From contig CATNEN010000003.1 of assembly GCA_950097015.1 (NCBI GenBank), forward strand, positions 15,934,001-15,998,000: 64,000 bases of DNA, in the 5' to 3' direction. The notes under the pieces are model-generated. The model did no database searches, was not told the DNA's origin, and was given only the letters and a program-made list of their open reading frames with translations. Made by a program: the position numbers and the translations under genes. The stretch's first letter is position 1. Each line of letters starts with the position of its first letter. The stretch comes from Macrostomum hystrix (Eukaryota; Animalia; Platyhelminthes). Of the stretch, positions 29,339-42,770 are shown piece by piece.

Positions 29339-30744
29339 AAGTAATCTAGTTTGTGTCTAACTGCTTAAAAGCTCTTTAATTAAAATCAACAATCATAACA
29401 ATTTTGAAGCCTACGACGACGTGTGAAAAATGGAATTAAAATATTTAAACTTAATTACATTCTATTCCCTTGATAGTGAACAATGAATTGTTCGTTAAGT
29501 TTATAGTTTGTATTGCTATCCTTACCGTATCACATACGATTAGCATTTTCTAAAAAATCTTTAGTGATAGATTTTTACGTACTTTGTTAGTACATTCATT
29601 GTACATCGCATGTACATTCAAAGTACATCATATGTACATTTAAAGTACATCAAATGATGTTCATTCAGTGTACATCGTAGGCAAATTTGGTGTACAAGCA
29701 CACTAGAGCTAGAAATACACCACACGTTCGTTTTAGGCTACATTGGCTGAAAATTTTCTAACCGCAAACCGCGCGACTTTCTTGAATGCTTGGATCAAGA
29801 TTTTCTAAAAGGTAACCCTAGTTTTTAGTTCTATTATTATTTCATGACTATTCCTGGAGGCAAGCTACTTTTCTTTGAAAAAAAAGAATTCAAGACTGCT
29901 CTGCACTGCATAAGGCTTGCAAAATATCAATGCGACCACTCTTCCATATAAATACTATCTACTGTTTTGTTGCTGTGTTTAAAATCTCTATTCGCTTTTT
30001 GTTAATTAATTGCCGACATCATTTTAAAAATGTGTAAATTTTCTTTCGGGACTACCTGTGTTTCCTACGTCAGTTTAGTTTGTAAAGCAACTTTGTATGC
30101 GATTCCTCATAGTTCTGTAATTTTTTACTGGTTTAACTGTCTGGCTCATTTCTTTTGCTTCGTGCCTTTTCGGTTTCGTTTCCTTTGCTTTTTTGTTTTC
30201 TAAGCTTTTGCTGTTTTTGTCACTGTCAAATATTTCTTAATAGGTGCGCGTTTTTTCTTCTTGCTACTATGAGTAGCTTAAAACTTCAAGGTTGGTTGAA
30301 TTAGATAAAAAACACTTGTTTGTTATAGTGGTAATATTTCTGTCACATTTACGGCAGTCGGCCTAAAAAATTGTTAGCTCTAAAATGGACATTTTGTGTT
30401 TAGATTTTCTTTGTGCATAACCTTATTTTATTACTTGGCTGTGGCAGTTCAATCGGTGAAGTAAATGAATACATGAGTCTTCAACATTTCAAATCGCGTC
30501 TCCCTCACCTATGTCTTGATAAACAGGTTCTTATTTTCCTTGTAATTACATTTTATTAGCCTAGTTTTAATTGTGTTCAAATGCGTTTTTGTCGTTGAAA
30601 GTCGATTTTATAGTTGCCCTATTTAACTGCCTATGACTGCTCATTGGCCTTTATCTAATCTTGTTGTGTCATCTATTCACGATTAAAGATAGAAAGGGTT
30701 TGCACTTGCTGTCATGTTGTACACTGTTCGGAAAAACATACCCC

Positions 30745-30990
30745 AATTGCTGACAATCTACTGACAAACCCTGCCCCAAATGTACACTCTCCTGACAAAC
30801 CCTACCCCCAAATGTACACTGCTGACAAAGCCTACCCCAAATGTACACTGCTGACAAACCCTACCCCCAAATGTACACTGCTGATAAACTCTACCCCCAA
30901 ATGTACACTGCTGACAAAGCCTACCCCAAATTTACACTGCTGACAAAGCCTACCCCAAATGTACACTCTGCTGAAAAACCCTGCCTAAAA
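30745..30990. repeat. ~30-bp minisatellite (ATGTACACTGCTGACAAACCCTACCCCCAA)
   Basis: Direct tandem periodicity, ~7 units. Confidence 0.9.
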
Positions 30991-31957
30991 TTCGGTCAGG
31001 GATGTACACTCTCTATCTCGACTAGCCCTTTAAGTTATTATTAGATGGCTAATGCCGAAACAGAAACTAAACTTTTTTAAAGCAGCAAGTAACACTTTTT
31101 TAATTATTTACGATAATTTTTTCTTTTCACTATGCTCTCCCCAGTTTAGCAATGATTGATATTATTAGTAGTAATAGCCAGAAGGAAAATTTAAGGAACA
31201 ATATTTATCGGCTGTATTAGAAGCTAGATTTTAGCTTTTTGTCTTTTTTAGTGAAATTTTCTTTTGTTTTATAATTTATTATTCATTTTAGATTTTCAAA
31301 TGATATTTGGTTATTATTATTTTGTGTTCTAGTAACTAAGTAATGAATAATACTACGAGTAGTTACCCTAGATCAACTGGCTTGCTTGTTGTGTTAAATC
31401 ATTTTGCTTATTCAATTCTCAAAACTGAAATCTTTCATCTATCACTTATCAATCTGTCTCGGCATTCCAAGTTTCTGAATCTTTGTCTTTGAATTCTCAA
31501 CAAGACTTTATTTATGAAACAAAATCATTATTATCCGTTATCATATCATACTTCAATTACATGTAATAAATCAGAATGATCAAAGTTTTTGGTGTAAGTG
31601 TCTAATAAGTCTTAACATTTCCATTTATATTGACTGTACCTGTACATTCTTTGTTTTCATTTTCTTTTATCTCTCCTGTGTCTAATTAACAATTAGTGTC
31701 TTGGTGATCAGCTTGTCAGTCTTTGTTTTTTTCTTTGTTCGTTCTTAATGGCTGGAATTCTATATTTTTTAAAATTCATATCCCTGTGCTAAAAACTCAG
31801 CGGACACCGAGTTAGAAGATAACCTTTAGGGACAGAAAGAGCTGGTGAACTGGTGATGACGGATTTTGTAAATGACCAAAAATATTATAGTTATCGATTT
31901 ACAGGATTACGCGAGGAATATTGACCAATTCTATTCATTGAAGAATTAAATAGTTTA

Positions 31958-32670
31958 ATGAGCGATTCGTTGAATGGCCTAGTATGTGTGATGACCGATT
32001 TGTTGAATGACCTAGTATGTGTGATGACCGATTCGTTGAATGACCTAGTATGTGTGATGACCGATTCGTTGAATGACCTAGTATGTGTGATGACCGATTC
32101 GTTGAATGACCTAGTATGTGTGATGACCGATTCGTTGAATGACCTAGTATGTGTGATGACCGATTCGTTGAATGACCTAGTATGTGTGATGACCGATTCG
32201 TTGAATGGCCTAGTATGTGTGATGACCGATTCGTTGAATGACCTAGTATGTGTGATGACCGATTCGTTGAATGACCTAGTATGTGTGATGACCGATTCGT
32301 TGAATGGCCTAGTATGTGTGATGACCGATTCGTTGAATGGCCTAGTATGTGTGATGACCGATTCGTTGAATGGCCTAGTATGTGTGATGACCGATTCGTT
32401 GAATGACCTAGTATGTGTGATGACCGATTCGTTGAATGGCCTAGTATGTGTGATGACCGATTCGTTGAATGACCTAGTATGTGTGATGACCGATTCGTTG
32501 AATGACCTAGTATGTGTGATGACCGATTCGTTGAATAACCTAGTATGTTTGATGACCGATTCGTTGAATGGCCTAGTATGTGTGATGACCGATTCACTGA
32601 ATCGGCCTAGTATGTGTGATGACCGATTCGTTGAATGACCTTGGATGGGTAATGACCGATTCATTAGATG
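31958..32670. repeat. 33-bp minisatellite (GATGACCGATTCGTTGAATGACCTAGTATGTGT), ~21 units
   Basis: Direct tandem periodicity; the long ORFs over it arise because 33 is divisible by 3. Confidence 0.95.
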
Positions 32671-33309
32671 AAACATATAAGTTAATTTTTCACAGAATGA
32701 CTGACAAGAGTAATCACTATCGCATCAATTACAAATCATATAGGTAATGTAATTATAGAACACGGATTATATAAAAAAAATTGCAGCAATTAAAAGTAAT
32801 TGTTTTTGAGATAATAAACGAAAGTTAATTAGTAATATGGTTAGTTTATTGGACGTTTCTTATCTGTGGCTGTTAATTATCTGAGTGATGAGCTATTTTG
32901 CAGGTTTATAAGATCATAGATATATGATATAATATTTTATACTGCTGACTTGCGCAAACCCAGTACGATTTGTTTCACTTTAATATCAAATTAATTTTTT
33001 TATTATACATTTCCAGTTCTGACTAACTTGATGCACCGATTTTTATGCTAACAAAAATATACCGTTGCTTACGCTGTCAGAACAGACACCAACCCAGATA
33101 GATTATTTCACACATATAGCATTGTGAAAGCTTCTTAATGACTTTCAAGTTGACTTTAATTTGAGTATTTGGTTTTATCCCAACATACGGTACCTGTCAC
33201 GTTAATCCCATTCATAATTTACACTTTTGTCCAAAATGTCACCAAACTACCTCTCTCTTTTATCCTAATTTAGCTTCCTTATCCCTGTTTATCACTATTT
33301 TGTCACAAT

Positions 33310-33686
33310 ATACCTGTCAATTTTATTCTAATCTAACTGTCGCTCTACCCCAATCTTCCCGTCACTTTCATTCCAATCTACCTGTCACTTTAATTCCAAT
33401 CTTCCCGTCACTTTAATTCCAATCTACCTGTCACTTTCATTCCAATCTACCTGTCACTTTCATTCCAATCTTTCCGTCACTTTAATTCCAATCTACCTGT
33501 CACTTTCATTCCAATCTTCCCGTCACTTTAATTCCAATCTACCTGTCACTTTTATCCCAATCTTCCCATCACTTTTATTCCAATCTACCTGTCACTTTTA
33601 TCCCAATCTACCTGTCACTGTTATCCCAATCGACCCGTCACTTTTATTCTAATCTACCTGTCACCTTAATTCCAATCTACCTGTCC
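33310..33686. repeat. 23-bp minisatellite (CCAATCTACCTGTCACTTTCATT)
   Basis: Direct tandem periodicity with degenerate edges. Confidence 0.9.
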
Positions 33687-34655
33687 CTTCTAGCCTTCTA
33701 TGCATTAGTCATAGTCAATCACAGCAAACGAGTCCTAAAATCGCTTATCAGACAGTTTTTTCAAAGCTAAGAGTCTTGTTAAGTCTTAATTCTTGGTGTG
33801 AAAGCTGAGCTCTGATCGCGTCTCAGGTTTTCCTGTTTTATCGACAGTCTCACAATCCGCTTCCCCGGTTCACGCTCTGTCGCCTCAACCTTTCTGAGCT
33901 CCTTGGCTTGAGTCAGTTGGCTGATTATCTATAGCCCGGCACAGACTCGAGCCTGTTGTTTGTTGAGTCGTACAGAAGAAAAAGTAGATGTGGAGATAAT
34001 TAAAAAGGCCGCGGTTTGTGACGGTTTAAATTTACAACAGGTCAACTATGGATAATATATATGGGCTAGAGATAGCCTTGAACAGGAAATGAGTTTTTCG
34101 CCTTCAATCCCTAAGTAGGGTGTGCTGAGAAGCATTTTTCCACTCGAGTAGCCTGTCTAGGCTATTAGCTGTGCGCTAAAAGCAGAGAGAATTAGTTGGC
34201 GCGTTAAGACGGAAAAGCGTCATTACTGTTTAGTCTACAACCTGCAAGGCCTCATCAATTGGGATTATAGTTAAGCTTGTATAGCTTGTGGGGCACAGAT
34301 TTTCCTATATGCATTCTATACCTGCCTATATGCGTACATTACCTGTAAAGATGCTCAATTCCCACGTAGAGTAGAGAAAACGTCAATAGTTAATTTGCCT
34401 TTTGAGGAGTCACGCAACGCATTGGCAACGGGATCTTTTACGCGTCCTTTCCAACATTCGCTTGATGATAGTCGGTTTTGACTTTTGTGGCAGTGGCACT
34501 TGAAGTGGAATGCCATGTTTCTCATCACGATCCCTGCTTTGTTAGACTGCACATTTTGTGACATTTCGTCTATTAAACCAGATGGCTTCACAAGGTATGC
34601 TAAACTGTCCAAGCTTTTATCAATTTTGTGAAGTATAGCTTCATAAGTCAGCTAG

Positions 34656-36200
34656 TATAGCTTAATTCAATCTCAGTGTTTTGTCATTCATACTCAGCCC
34701 CCATAGAATTAATCGAGCCAGATGGCGCCGTTTGGCCCATAGACTATCGCTCTGGGCCATTCAATCTCGGGTTTTGTCATTCAAACTGGCTGGATGAATG
34801 ACAAAACACTGAGATTGAATGGCAAAAGCTATATAGTATGTAGTAACGTTATTATGTAGTTCCAATTAGAAATAAATTCATAGAGAAAGTGGCAGGCACT
34901 GTTCGAAAATTCGAAAGCCTAACAGCTGATGACAAAATGGTGTATTTAATGACACAGGAAAGCACAGAATTAACAGAAAGTTTTGTGGACTTCATAGAAA
35001 GCATACTTAAAGCTAGATAAAAATTCCACTGCCCTGAGGCCCATAGTTAGAATGCAAAAACACAATAGCTATTTTCCTTTCGTGAGCGAAGTGATTTCAG
35101 TGTCAGTTTTAATTATCTATTGAAATTTCGATATTTTTTGTTTTAATGTTTAATGTTTGTTTTAATAAATAAATTCACCTAAAATTCACCGTTTATTCAA
35201 CTAAAATTAATATAATGCATGCTACTGTTTTTTAAATCGAATAAAAAATAAATATAAATAATATTATTTAATGGTGCATTTATTAGTAAATAAAAATACA
35301 GCTGCACTAGCTAGCTGGCCAGTAAGTATTAGATCATGGATGTTTAATACGCAGGGTTAGAAAGTCCGAGGCTGCATTTAATGGTCACGAGGCGAGCGAT
35401 GAGCCCAATAACTGTCAATAAAATAAGCAGTCGGATTTTATATAAGATCACGGTAGTTTAATGTGCATTCTATGGTAAAAAGTCCTCGGCCACGCTTAAT
35501 GGTCCTCGGCTCGCTTCGCTCGCCTCGTGACCATCAAATGCAGCCTCGGACTTTCTAACCCTAGAATAATTCATTCCTGCACGCAGGAAATTAGACTGGG
35601 AAGAAAAGTAATAAAGTTCAAAGCGGCGATATATCTACCATAGACTACTTGCGTTACACGCACGCTATCTAACGTTTAATGCACCGCATTGCGTGTTACA
35701 ATGCAACTAATATATCGCCGCTTTGAACTTTAACGGTCTCAGCACGAGTGCGCGAAGCGAACTCGTGCTAAGACCGTTCATTATTAGATCATAGCGACAA
35801 TACTGTATATTACTGACCACGGTGTCAAGTCTATCATCATTGATCGAGCTAAAAATAGAAATTCAGTTTAAGTGAGTTTGTGAAACGTTTAATGCACTGC
35901 CTATTATTGAAAGAAACTAAATATGTTTCTAATTGTCTATATCGTTTTGCTAGAAAATTGTCTTTTTGTTGCTTCGTTATACAGTATATAATTACTGTTA
36001 TTTTTGTTGCATTTAAATACACTGTTTAGTCTATGGTTCAAACTGCTTTCATTTCGGGACCATCAAATCATTTGATCGTCCTGGAATTATAGCACTTTAA
36101 ACCATAGACTATGCGTTCCTGGCTTAGAATGGGCCCAATATAAATAAGCAGTCGGATTTTATATGCAAACTATTTTCATAGCCGAAGGCAGTCTTCGATA
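34656..36200. mobile_element. Cluster of nested palindromic non-autonomous elements (probably Crypton-related)
   Basis: Inverted-repeat modules at 34656-34834, 35353-35562, 35612-35732, 35732-35778 and 36028-36110; GCGAAGC apices and CATAGAC motifs shared with the 52.5-54.1 kb cluster. Confidence 0.65.
34853..35175 (+). mobile_element. 5'-truncated non-LTR retrotransposon 3' end
   Basis: Frame YVVPIRNKFIEKVAGTVRKFESLTADDKMVYLMTQESTELTESFVDFIESILKAR* (stop at ~35020) resembles LINE ORF2 C-termini; followed by a T-rich UTR and an AATAAATAAA tail. Confidence 0.6.
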
Positions 36201-36799
36201 TTGACAATTTCAAAATTCCCAGAGCCCACAAGTGAAACATATTTATCTTAAACAGAATTGAATTCCCCCAGGAGAGAAGTCGGTAATTTATGAATATTGT
36301 GCCAGCGAGGGACAGAGAAAGTCTTCCTTCGATATTTCCACGAAAGTTTCTATGGAAGTTTCTATGGTCTTTTAACTTTATAGTCTGGTAACTTTTTTAA
36401 AACTGTTTAAAACACGTATTTACTCGTAAAAACGTAAAAAAGAACCTACCAGGGAATATAAAAAATAAATATCAACTTTTCTAAAAACTCAATTTTAGAT
36501 CAAAATCTAAAATGCAGATTTACCTGCATCGGTAATTATTAAAAAGCTGACGTCATTAAACACGCTCCAATCGATGGCACGTAGGAAACACAGGTAAAAT
36601 AGCCAGATTCTCCTTCCAGACAAGAAAAAACGAAATCGCAATTATAAGACGAGTTTCCCTGAATTTCCACAGCCAATCGGGTTCCTTGAGCCTCAAATGC
36701 GCAGTACAGCACTCGTCTGATTTAAGCCGTCTCATTTGGTTTGGCTGATGACAACCCACGCGCGCCTGTAGTACGAGTAGGTTTAGCAGTCGCGAACGA

Positions 36800-37400
36800 A
36801 ATGAGGAATCTAGCCTGCAGTCTTCAACAGTCGCATGCTCGGGGCAGGAGCACGATTGCACCTTCATCTCCAACTGCGACAGGCTCGCAACACCACCAGC
36901 AGCAGCAGCAGACGGAGCAGTCAACAACAGCTCAGACGTCAAAGCCACCAGACTTAATCAAAGTCCTGGCATCCGGTGTCCTCCTAGCAGTTCAGGGCTG
37001 TTTGGCTGCTAGTATTGAGCTTGTCAATCTGCTACGCGCCTGTACAAGAATCAAGCACGGCCTTGGCGTGTTGAATGCCTGTCTGAGCTTCTACCTGGCA
37101 TTTCACTGCCTGCTGATGCACTCGACACCTCAGCACCGACTGAGTCTGTTCATGCTCCGATCTATACTCGGGGCCTCGGCCGCTATTATCATTCTCAACA
37201 CTGGCACGTTCAGCTTGTTCTATATCACCGCCGGTTGGAACCTGATCGACTGCGACTCCGGCACAGTCGCCCTGCTTGGCGCAGCCGCCATCGCCAGCTT
37301 CTGCATTGGAGCACCGGCTGCGTTCATTGCCGGCGTCCTGCTGAGGAGCAACTGGCGACTCAACTGCGGCTGCTGCTGCGGCCAGAGAGAGCTGGCTTGA
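36800..37400 (+). CDS. Putative small multi-pass membrane protein (~200 aa, about 4 TM), unassigned
   Basis: GC-richer open frame from ATG 36800 with a short polyQ/Thr N-terminus, four hydrophobic segments and a Cys-rich tail (CGCCCG); composition resembles the other exons; no family recognised. Confidence 0.5.
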
Positions 37401-37544
37401 GATGCTGCGACTTGGCGCGCGGAAGCGACGTTCTTAAATGGTAACAGAAGTTTGAGCTGACCTTTAAACATTTGAGTCCTTATGGACGATCAAATTGTTT
37501 TTTTATCCGAATGAAGATGTGCGAGAGTTCTAATGAAAGACGTT

Positions 37545-37900
37545 AGAGTTTTACAGAAAAAAGTAAGAGTTGTACAGGAAAAAATTATAGTTGTACAGGA
37601 ATAAGCTGGAGTTGTACAGGAATAAGCTAGAGTTGTACAGGAATAAATCTAGGAATAAGCTAGATTTGTACTCAAAAAAACTTGAGTTGTACGGAAATGA
37701 GCTTAAGATGTACAGGAATAAGCTTGAGTTACACGGGAAAAATCTAGATTTGTACGGGAATAAGCTTGAGTTGTACAGGAATAAGCTGGAGTAGTACAGG
37801 AATAAGCATGAGTTGTACGGGTATATTCTTGAGCTGAACGGAAATGAGCTTGAGATGTACGGGAATAAGCTAGAGTTTTACGGGAATACGTTAGATTTGT
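37545..37900. repeat. Degenerate 21-bp minisatellite (GAGTTGTACAGGAATAAGCTT)
   Basis: Direct tandem periodicity. Confidence 0.85.
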
Positions 37901-38324
37901 CTTAGAGATGCAGCTTGTTATTTTATATTAGCAAAAAATACCTTTCCAATACCTTTCATAAATTGTGAAGTTAAGTTAGTAAATTTTTTATTTTTTTCAT
38001 AAAAAATCTCATAAAAATTTGACATAATCCATTGCACCTGTCCGTCAACTGTCTGTGTGATTGTCAAATTATGTTTTTTGACACGTGCATTTTCATACGG
38101 CCATGATAAACTCATTTCCAATGCCACTGACTACTTATACTCGTAAAAAGCATAACGATGTTTTAAGGACTGTTAAATGCTATGTTTATCGACCCTTCAG
38201 CTCTGTCGATTTATGTAGAAAACACACTCATGTCACGAGAAATAAAAGCTTCAAATGTATTAATAATGTAACGCAATGAAAACGTGCTCATGTCAAAAGA
38301 GGTCCTCAGTTCCATCAGATCAGA

Positions 38325-38945
38325 TCCATCTCTCCCTTGTCTCATCTCTCCCGTGTCTCATCTCTCCCGTGTCTCATCTCTCCCGTGTCCCATCTCTCCC
38401 GTGTCTCATCTCTCCCGTGTCTCATCTCTCCCGTGTCCCATCTCTCCCGTGTCCCATCTCTCCCGTGTCTCATCTCTCCCGTGTCTCATCTCTCCCGTGT
38501 CCCATCTCTCCCGTGTCTCATCTCTCCCGTGTCTCATCTCTCCCGTGTCTCATCTCTCCCGTGTCCCATCTCTCCCGTGTCCCATCTCTCCCGTGTCCCA
38601 TCTCTCCCGTGTCTCATCTCTCCCGTGTCTCATCTCTCCCGTGTCCCATCTCTCCCGTGTCTCATCTCTCCCGTGTCTCATCTCTCCCGTGTCTCATCTC
38701 TCCCGTGTCCCATCTCTCCCGTGTCTCATCTCTCCCGTGTCCCATCTCTCCCGTGTCTCATCTCTCCCGTGTCCCATCTCTCCTGCGTCTCATCTCTCCC
38801 GTGTCCCATCTCTCCCGTGTCTCATCTCTCCCGTGTCCCATCTTTCTCGTGTCCCATCTCTCTGGTGTCCCATCTCTCCCGTGTCTCATCTCTCTCGTGT
38901 CTCATGTCTCATCTCTATGCATCTCTATGTCTCATCTCTATCTAT
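38325..38945. repeat. 16-bp minisatellite (CTCATCTCTCCCGTGT)
   Basis: Same family as the array inside the 4126-4801 MITE. Confidence 0.95.
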
Positions 38946-39613
38946 TATCAACTAGAATTGCCCTGAATTTATCTTAAATTTATCTGACGTTTACTATACT
39001 TCTAGCTTAATGGGGCCGAAAGGATACTGCCTGCGAGAATCGAAGTGGTAAAATATTAAAGTATAGTTAACGTACATTATATATTCTCTGTTTAAGCTTG
39101 AAGCCCTTTAATTTGAACTGAGTTATTGGAAATATGTTATCACTGACAGATTTTTTTCAGATTTCTCGTTAACGAAGAATGTGACTTATTGGCCTACTTT
39201 GATGTGTATCTAGCCTTTAATAATTTGTCCAGTGTTAAGCTTTGAAGTCATGCTGTAGTCACGTAGTATTGGTAAACTCAATCTTTCTTGAAAAGTGCAT
39301 AATCGTATTTAGTCAGGCATATTTTGTCAAGTCATAAACAATTAAGCAGAAAATATTATTTATTTTAAACGCAAAATCTCATTCGCGGTACTTTTAGTAG
39401 CTGAATGGACAATTGCCGAAAATATTGATGTAAATATTTCAGTTATATTTGCTAGTCGCTCTATTAGATAAATTAAATTAATTTTTTATGTTAGGAATGG
39501 CTTTGAATAATAAAACTTAATTACTAAATGCATCGCCTGATAGGTATTAAGGTATGTGCATTAATAATTTATTTGATGCGAAATAATGATAATGATGATG
39601 AAATAATTAACTT

Positions 39614-39775
<162 letters not shown>

Positions 39776-41039
39776 ACGGGCATTTAAAAATGCATTAATG
39801 TAATGCTTGAGTTCTTTATAAAAATTTTCATTTTTGCGTGTGACAGAGGCTGTCAAAGTTACTGTATTATTGTACTTGTATAGTTATACGGAGAATTGAC
39901 AAGCCAAATGAAGAATGAAGGAAGCGTAACGGACTGGCTTGGTAGACTTGGCAAATTGCAAAAAATTCATAATAAAAAGTGAAGAGTATCCTCTCCTCTC
40001 CTCGGAGCTTTGACAACTGCGTATCATTTGCCACAGTAAGTATATATAGCTCTGTAGTGGATAAATCGTGTCGAAATACAATTCGTTTTCATATCCCTAC
40101 TTGGACGTGGCACTAAATCCCATGCGCAGAAAAATTGAAAGCATAAAATTGCTCCAGCGAAAATGTGTATCCGTAGACAAAATAATTGGTTTCATCTCGC
40201 TCAAGATCGAGTGCCCTGTATGACGCAACCGAATAGCGGAAGCATGCAGACAAATATGTCCACTGGCAATTTCCACTTAGCATGGAAATTAAGCCTTGCA
40301 AATTGTGAAATATGCAAGATAAAATTATCTGACGTTTCATATCTGACGTCCACGCGCTGAGGATTATTAATCTCACTCAGATGGACAACGAAAGGCTGTA
40401 CTTCAGGATGAGAGCTATATCTATATATATAAAAGTGAAAACTCTGTCTGTCTGTCTGTCTGTCTGTGTGCAACCTTTTGTCTTTATAGACGCCGAAACC
40501 GCTCAACCAAATCGCACCAAACTTTGCACATACCTAAAACCACCTACGCTGAGTGCAATAGGCTACTCAAATTCCCGAAAAATCATTTCCTTCCTGCTCA
40601 AAAGTGCAAAAAACTGCTCAAAAATCGTCAAAAAATCACTCAATTTGACATATCGCTGCCCCACTTTGTCAGATTTTCTCCAAATTTGATCCACTTACAC
40701 TTTACATGTTTTCCAACAATGCTGTCAATTTTGAACATCTCTACTCAATCCAGAGCAAAGCTGCATCATCTCAAAGTGAGTCACTTTTTGTTTTCCGAGG
40801 ACAGCCACCCCAACTCCCCTCCGCCACTCTGCGGGCCAAATTTTATTACAGCCACCCCCTCCCTTCCCCGGGCGCCGAAGCCCCAGACTGTACATTGTAT
40901 TTCAAGCCGTGAATGTACACAGCCCAAACCCCTAGACTGTCTACTGGCCCCCAAGCAGCACTGAGACTGAGTGCGGTGAGTGCGGTGGCGTCCCAGTGCG
41001 CAGGGCTCTCCGGTCGATATTTCTCTCCAGCCAGAAGAA

Positions 41040-42026
41040 AGAAAGAGGCTGGCGATCAACTGATGGGTGGTGTCACTCTGCTGCTGTCTGGAGACTTTAG
41101 ACAGACGCTGCCTGTGATTCCGCGTGGCACTCCTGCTGATGAGATTAATGCTTGCCTAAAAGCTAAAATCATCTCACCTGTGGCCATCGGTTGTGAAGTT
41201 GCACCTACGAACAAAACATGAGAGCTACAATTCAAGGAGACGAAACAGCTCATGAGTTCTCTGCCAATCTATTGCGAATCGGCAATGGTCTGCTGGAGAT
41301 TAGCACCGAGGATGGGCAGTCATCGATCGCTACAATCGGAACCATTGTGCAGTCAGTGCAGGAGCTCAAGGCAAAAGTTTACCCGAACCTAATGGTTCGA
41401 TATGCTGACGTTGACTGGCTGTCAGAGAGGGCAATTCTGTGTCCTAGAAATGATGCCGCCAACGAAATTAACTACCAACTGCTTCAGGAGTTGCCAGGTG
41501 CAGTTTTCACCTACAAGTCAATTGATACAACGTTGACTGATGACACCGCTGTGGAGTATCCTGTTGAGTTTATGAACTCTCTAGATCCTCCTGGAACTCC
41601 ATCGCACAACTTGCAGCTGAAAGTTGGGGCACCAATTATGCTCCTCCGCAACCTGAATGCGCCAAGGCTGTGTAACGGCACCAGACTGATAGTCAGGCGG
41701 CTCTTCCCACACGTGATTGAGGCCACGATAATGACTGGATCTGGCAGAGGAGAGTCTGTGTTCGTTCCCGGATTCCAATTATCCCCACGGACCTGCCATT
41801 TCAGTTCAAGCGACTGCAGTTCCCTGTGAGAGTGTGCTTTGCGATGACTATTAACAAGGCTCAGGGACAGTCGCTGAAGGTGGCTGGCATCAACCTGGAG
41901 ACTCCTTGCTTCTCGCATGGGCAGCTTTATGTCGCCTGCTCCCGTGTTGGAACTCCAGCTGGCCTATTCATTTTCGCACCAAGGGGAAGAACGAAGAATG
42001 TGGTGTATCCCCAGGCCTTGAGGTGA
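41040..42026 (+). pseudogene. Helitron RepHel PIF1-like helicase C-terminal fragment
   Basis: Motifs GGVTLLLSGDFRQTLPVIP, RAILCPRN, LKVGAPIMLLRNL..LCNGTRL and FAMTINKAQGQSL..FSHGQLYVACSRV split across ORFs by frameshifts; Rep domain and Walker A absent. Confidence 0.92.
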
Positions 42027-42178
42027 CTCGCAAGCAATTAATAGAAAAGTAGTCACGAATTGACCTTGACCTGTCTAACTCTGAACTCTGAAACAGTTTA
42101 ATTTTGTTTCTTTGACATTGTTATTGTTATGCCATGGCTATTTTCCTTATGTATACGCGTGTACATGCATACTGTATA

Positions 42179-42441
42179 CAGAGGCAGATTTAGGGGGGGC
42201 GGGGGGGCAGTCGCCCCCCTAAATTTTAATCATGGTAATAAGATGCCCCCACCAGTGCTGCGACTGGCGCCCCTTTTCGGCCGCTGGCGCCCCTTTTTCA
42301 GCCGCTGGCTCCCGTTTTTCAGCCGCTGGCGCCCTTTCTTGGCTCCTGGCGCCCTTTTTCGGCCGCTGGCACCCCCTCCGTGATTCTCATGGCGCTCCCC
42401 TGACAGAGCGCCCCAAAACAAAATTCCTGGATCTGCCACTG
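42179..42441. mobile_element. hAT-type MITE nested in the Helitron
   Basis: TIRs CAGAGGCAGATTTAGG / CCTGGATCTGCCACTG; perfect 8-bp TSD ACTGTATA (42171-42178, 42442-42449); internal GCCGCTGGCGCCC repeats. Confidence 0.88.
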
Positions 42442-42770
42442 ACTGTATAGAGGAGTGGCTAAGAGACATGTTTCTAAAGAAGTAATCAAGAGGGGGCTGT
42501 TTGGACAAACTTTTCACTTATTTTTTACTTAAAACGCCCTTAAACAAACTCTTCACTTTTCATTTCACTTAAATAAATTCACTTAAATAAATGGTGACCT
42601 TCACTATAAAGTTAATACAGAGACGTGAATTGCTTACTGCTTTGCTTTAAATTTCTGCCCCAAAAACAACGGGCAAAAAAAAGCTAGTAGCTCTTATAAG
42701 TGTTATAGAAAACCAATTACTTGTCACTGAAATATATATTTGCGCTAAACTCTAACCAAGGTAAATTCAA

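Larger units (their letters stand above)
40420..42687 (+). mobile_element. Non-autonomous Helitron with frameshifted PIF1 helicase remnant
   Basis: 5' A|TCTATATATATAAAA followed by (CTGT)n; 3' hairpin TGCCC..GGGCA (42656-42675) then CTAG|T; no TSD; inserted at an AT dinucleotide. Confidence 0.88.

Noticed and set aside
31891-32676. Long ORFs over minisatellites (also 2183, 8168-8699, 38276-38977, 46990-48216)
   Set aside because: Periodic translations of tandem repeats open in several frames; no coding evidence.
34355-34612. 85-aa minus-strand ORF next to the palindrome cluster
   Set aside because: Non-ATG start, no recognisable motif or splice context.
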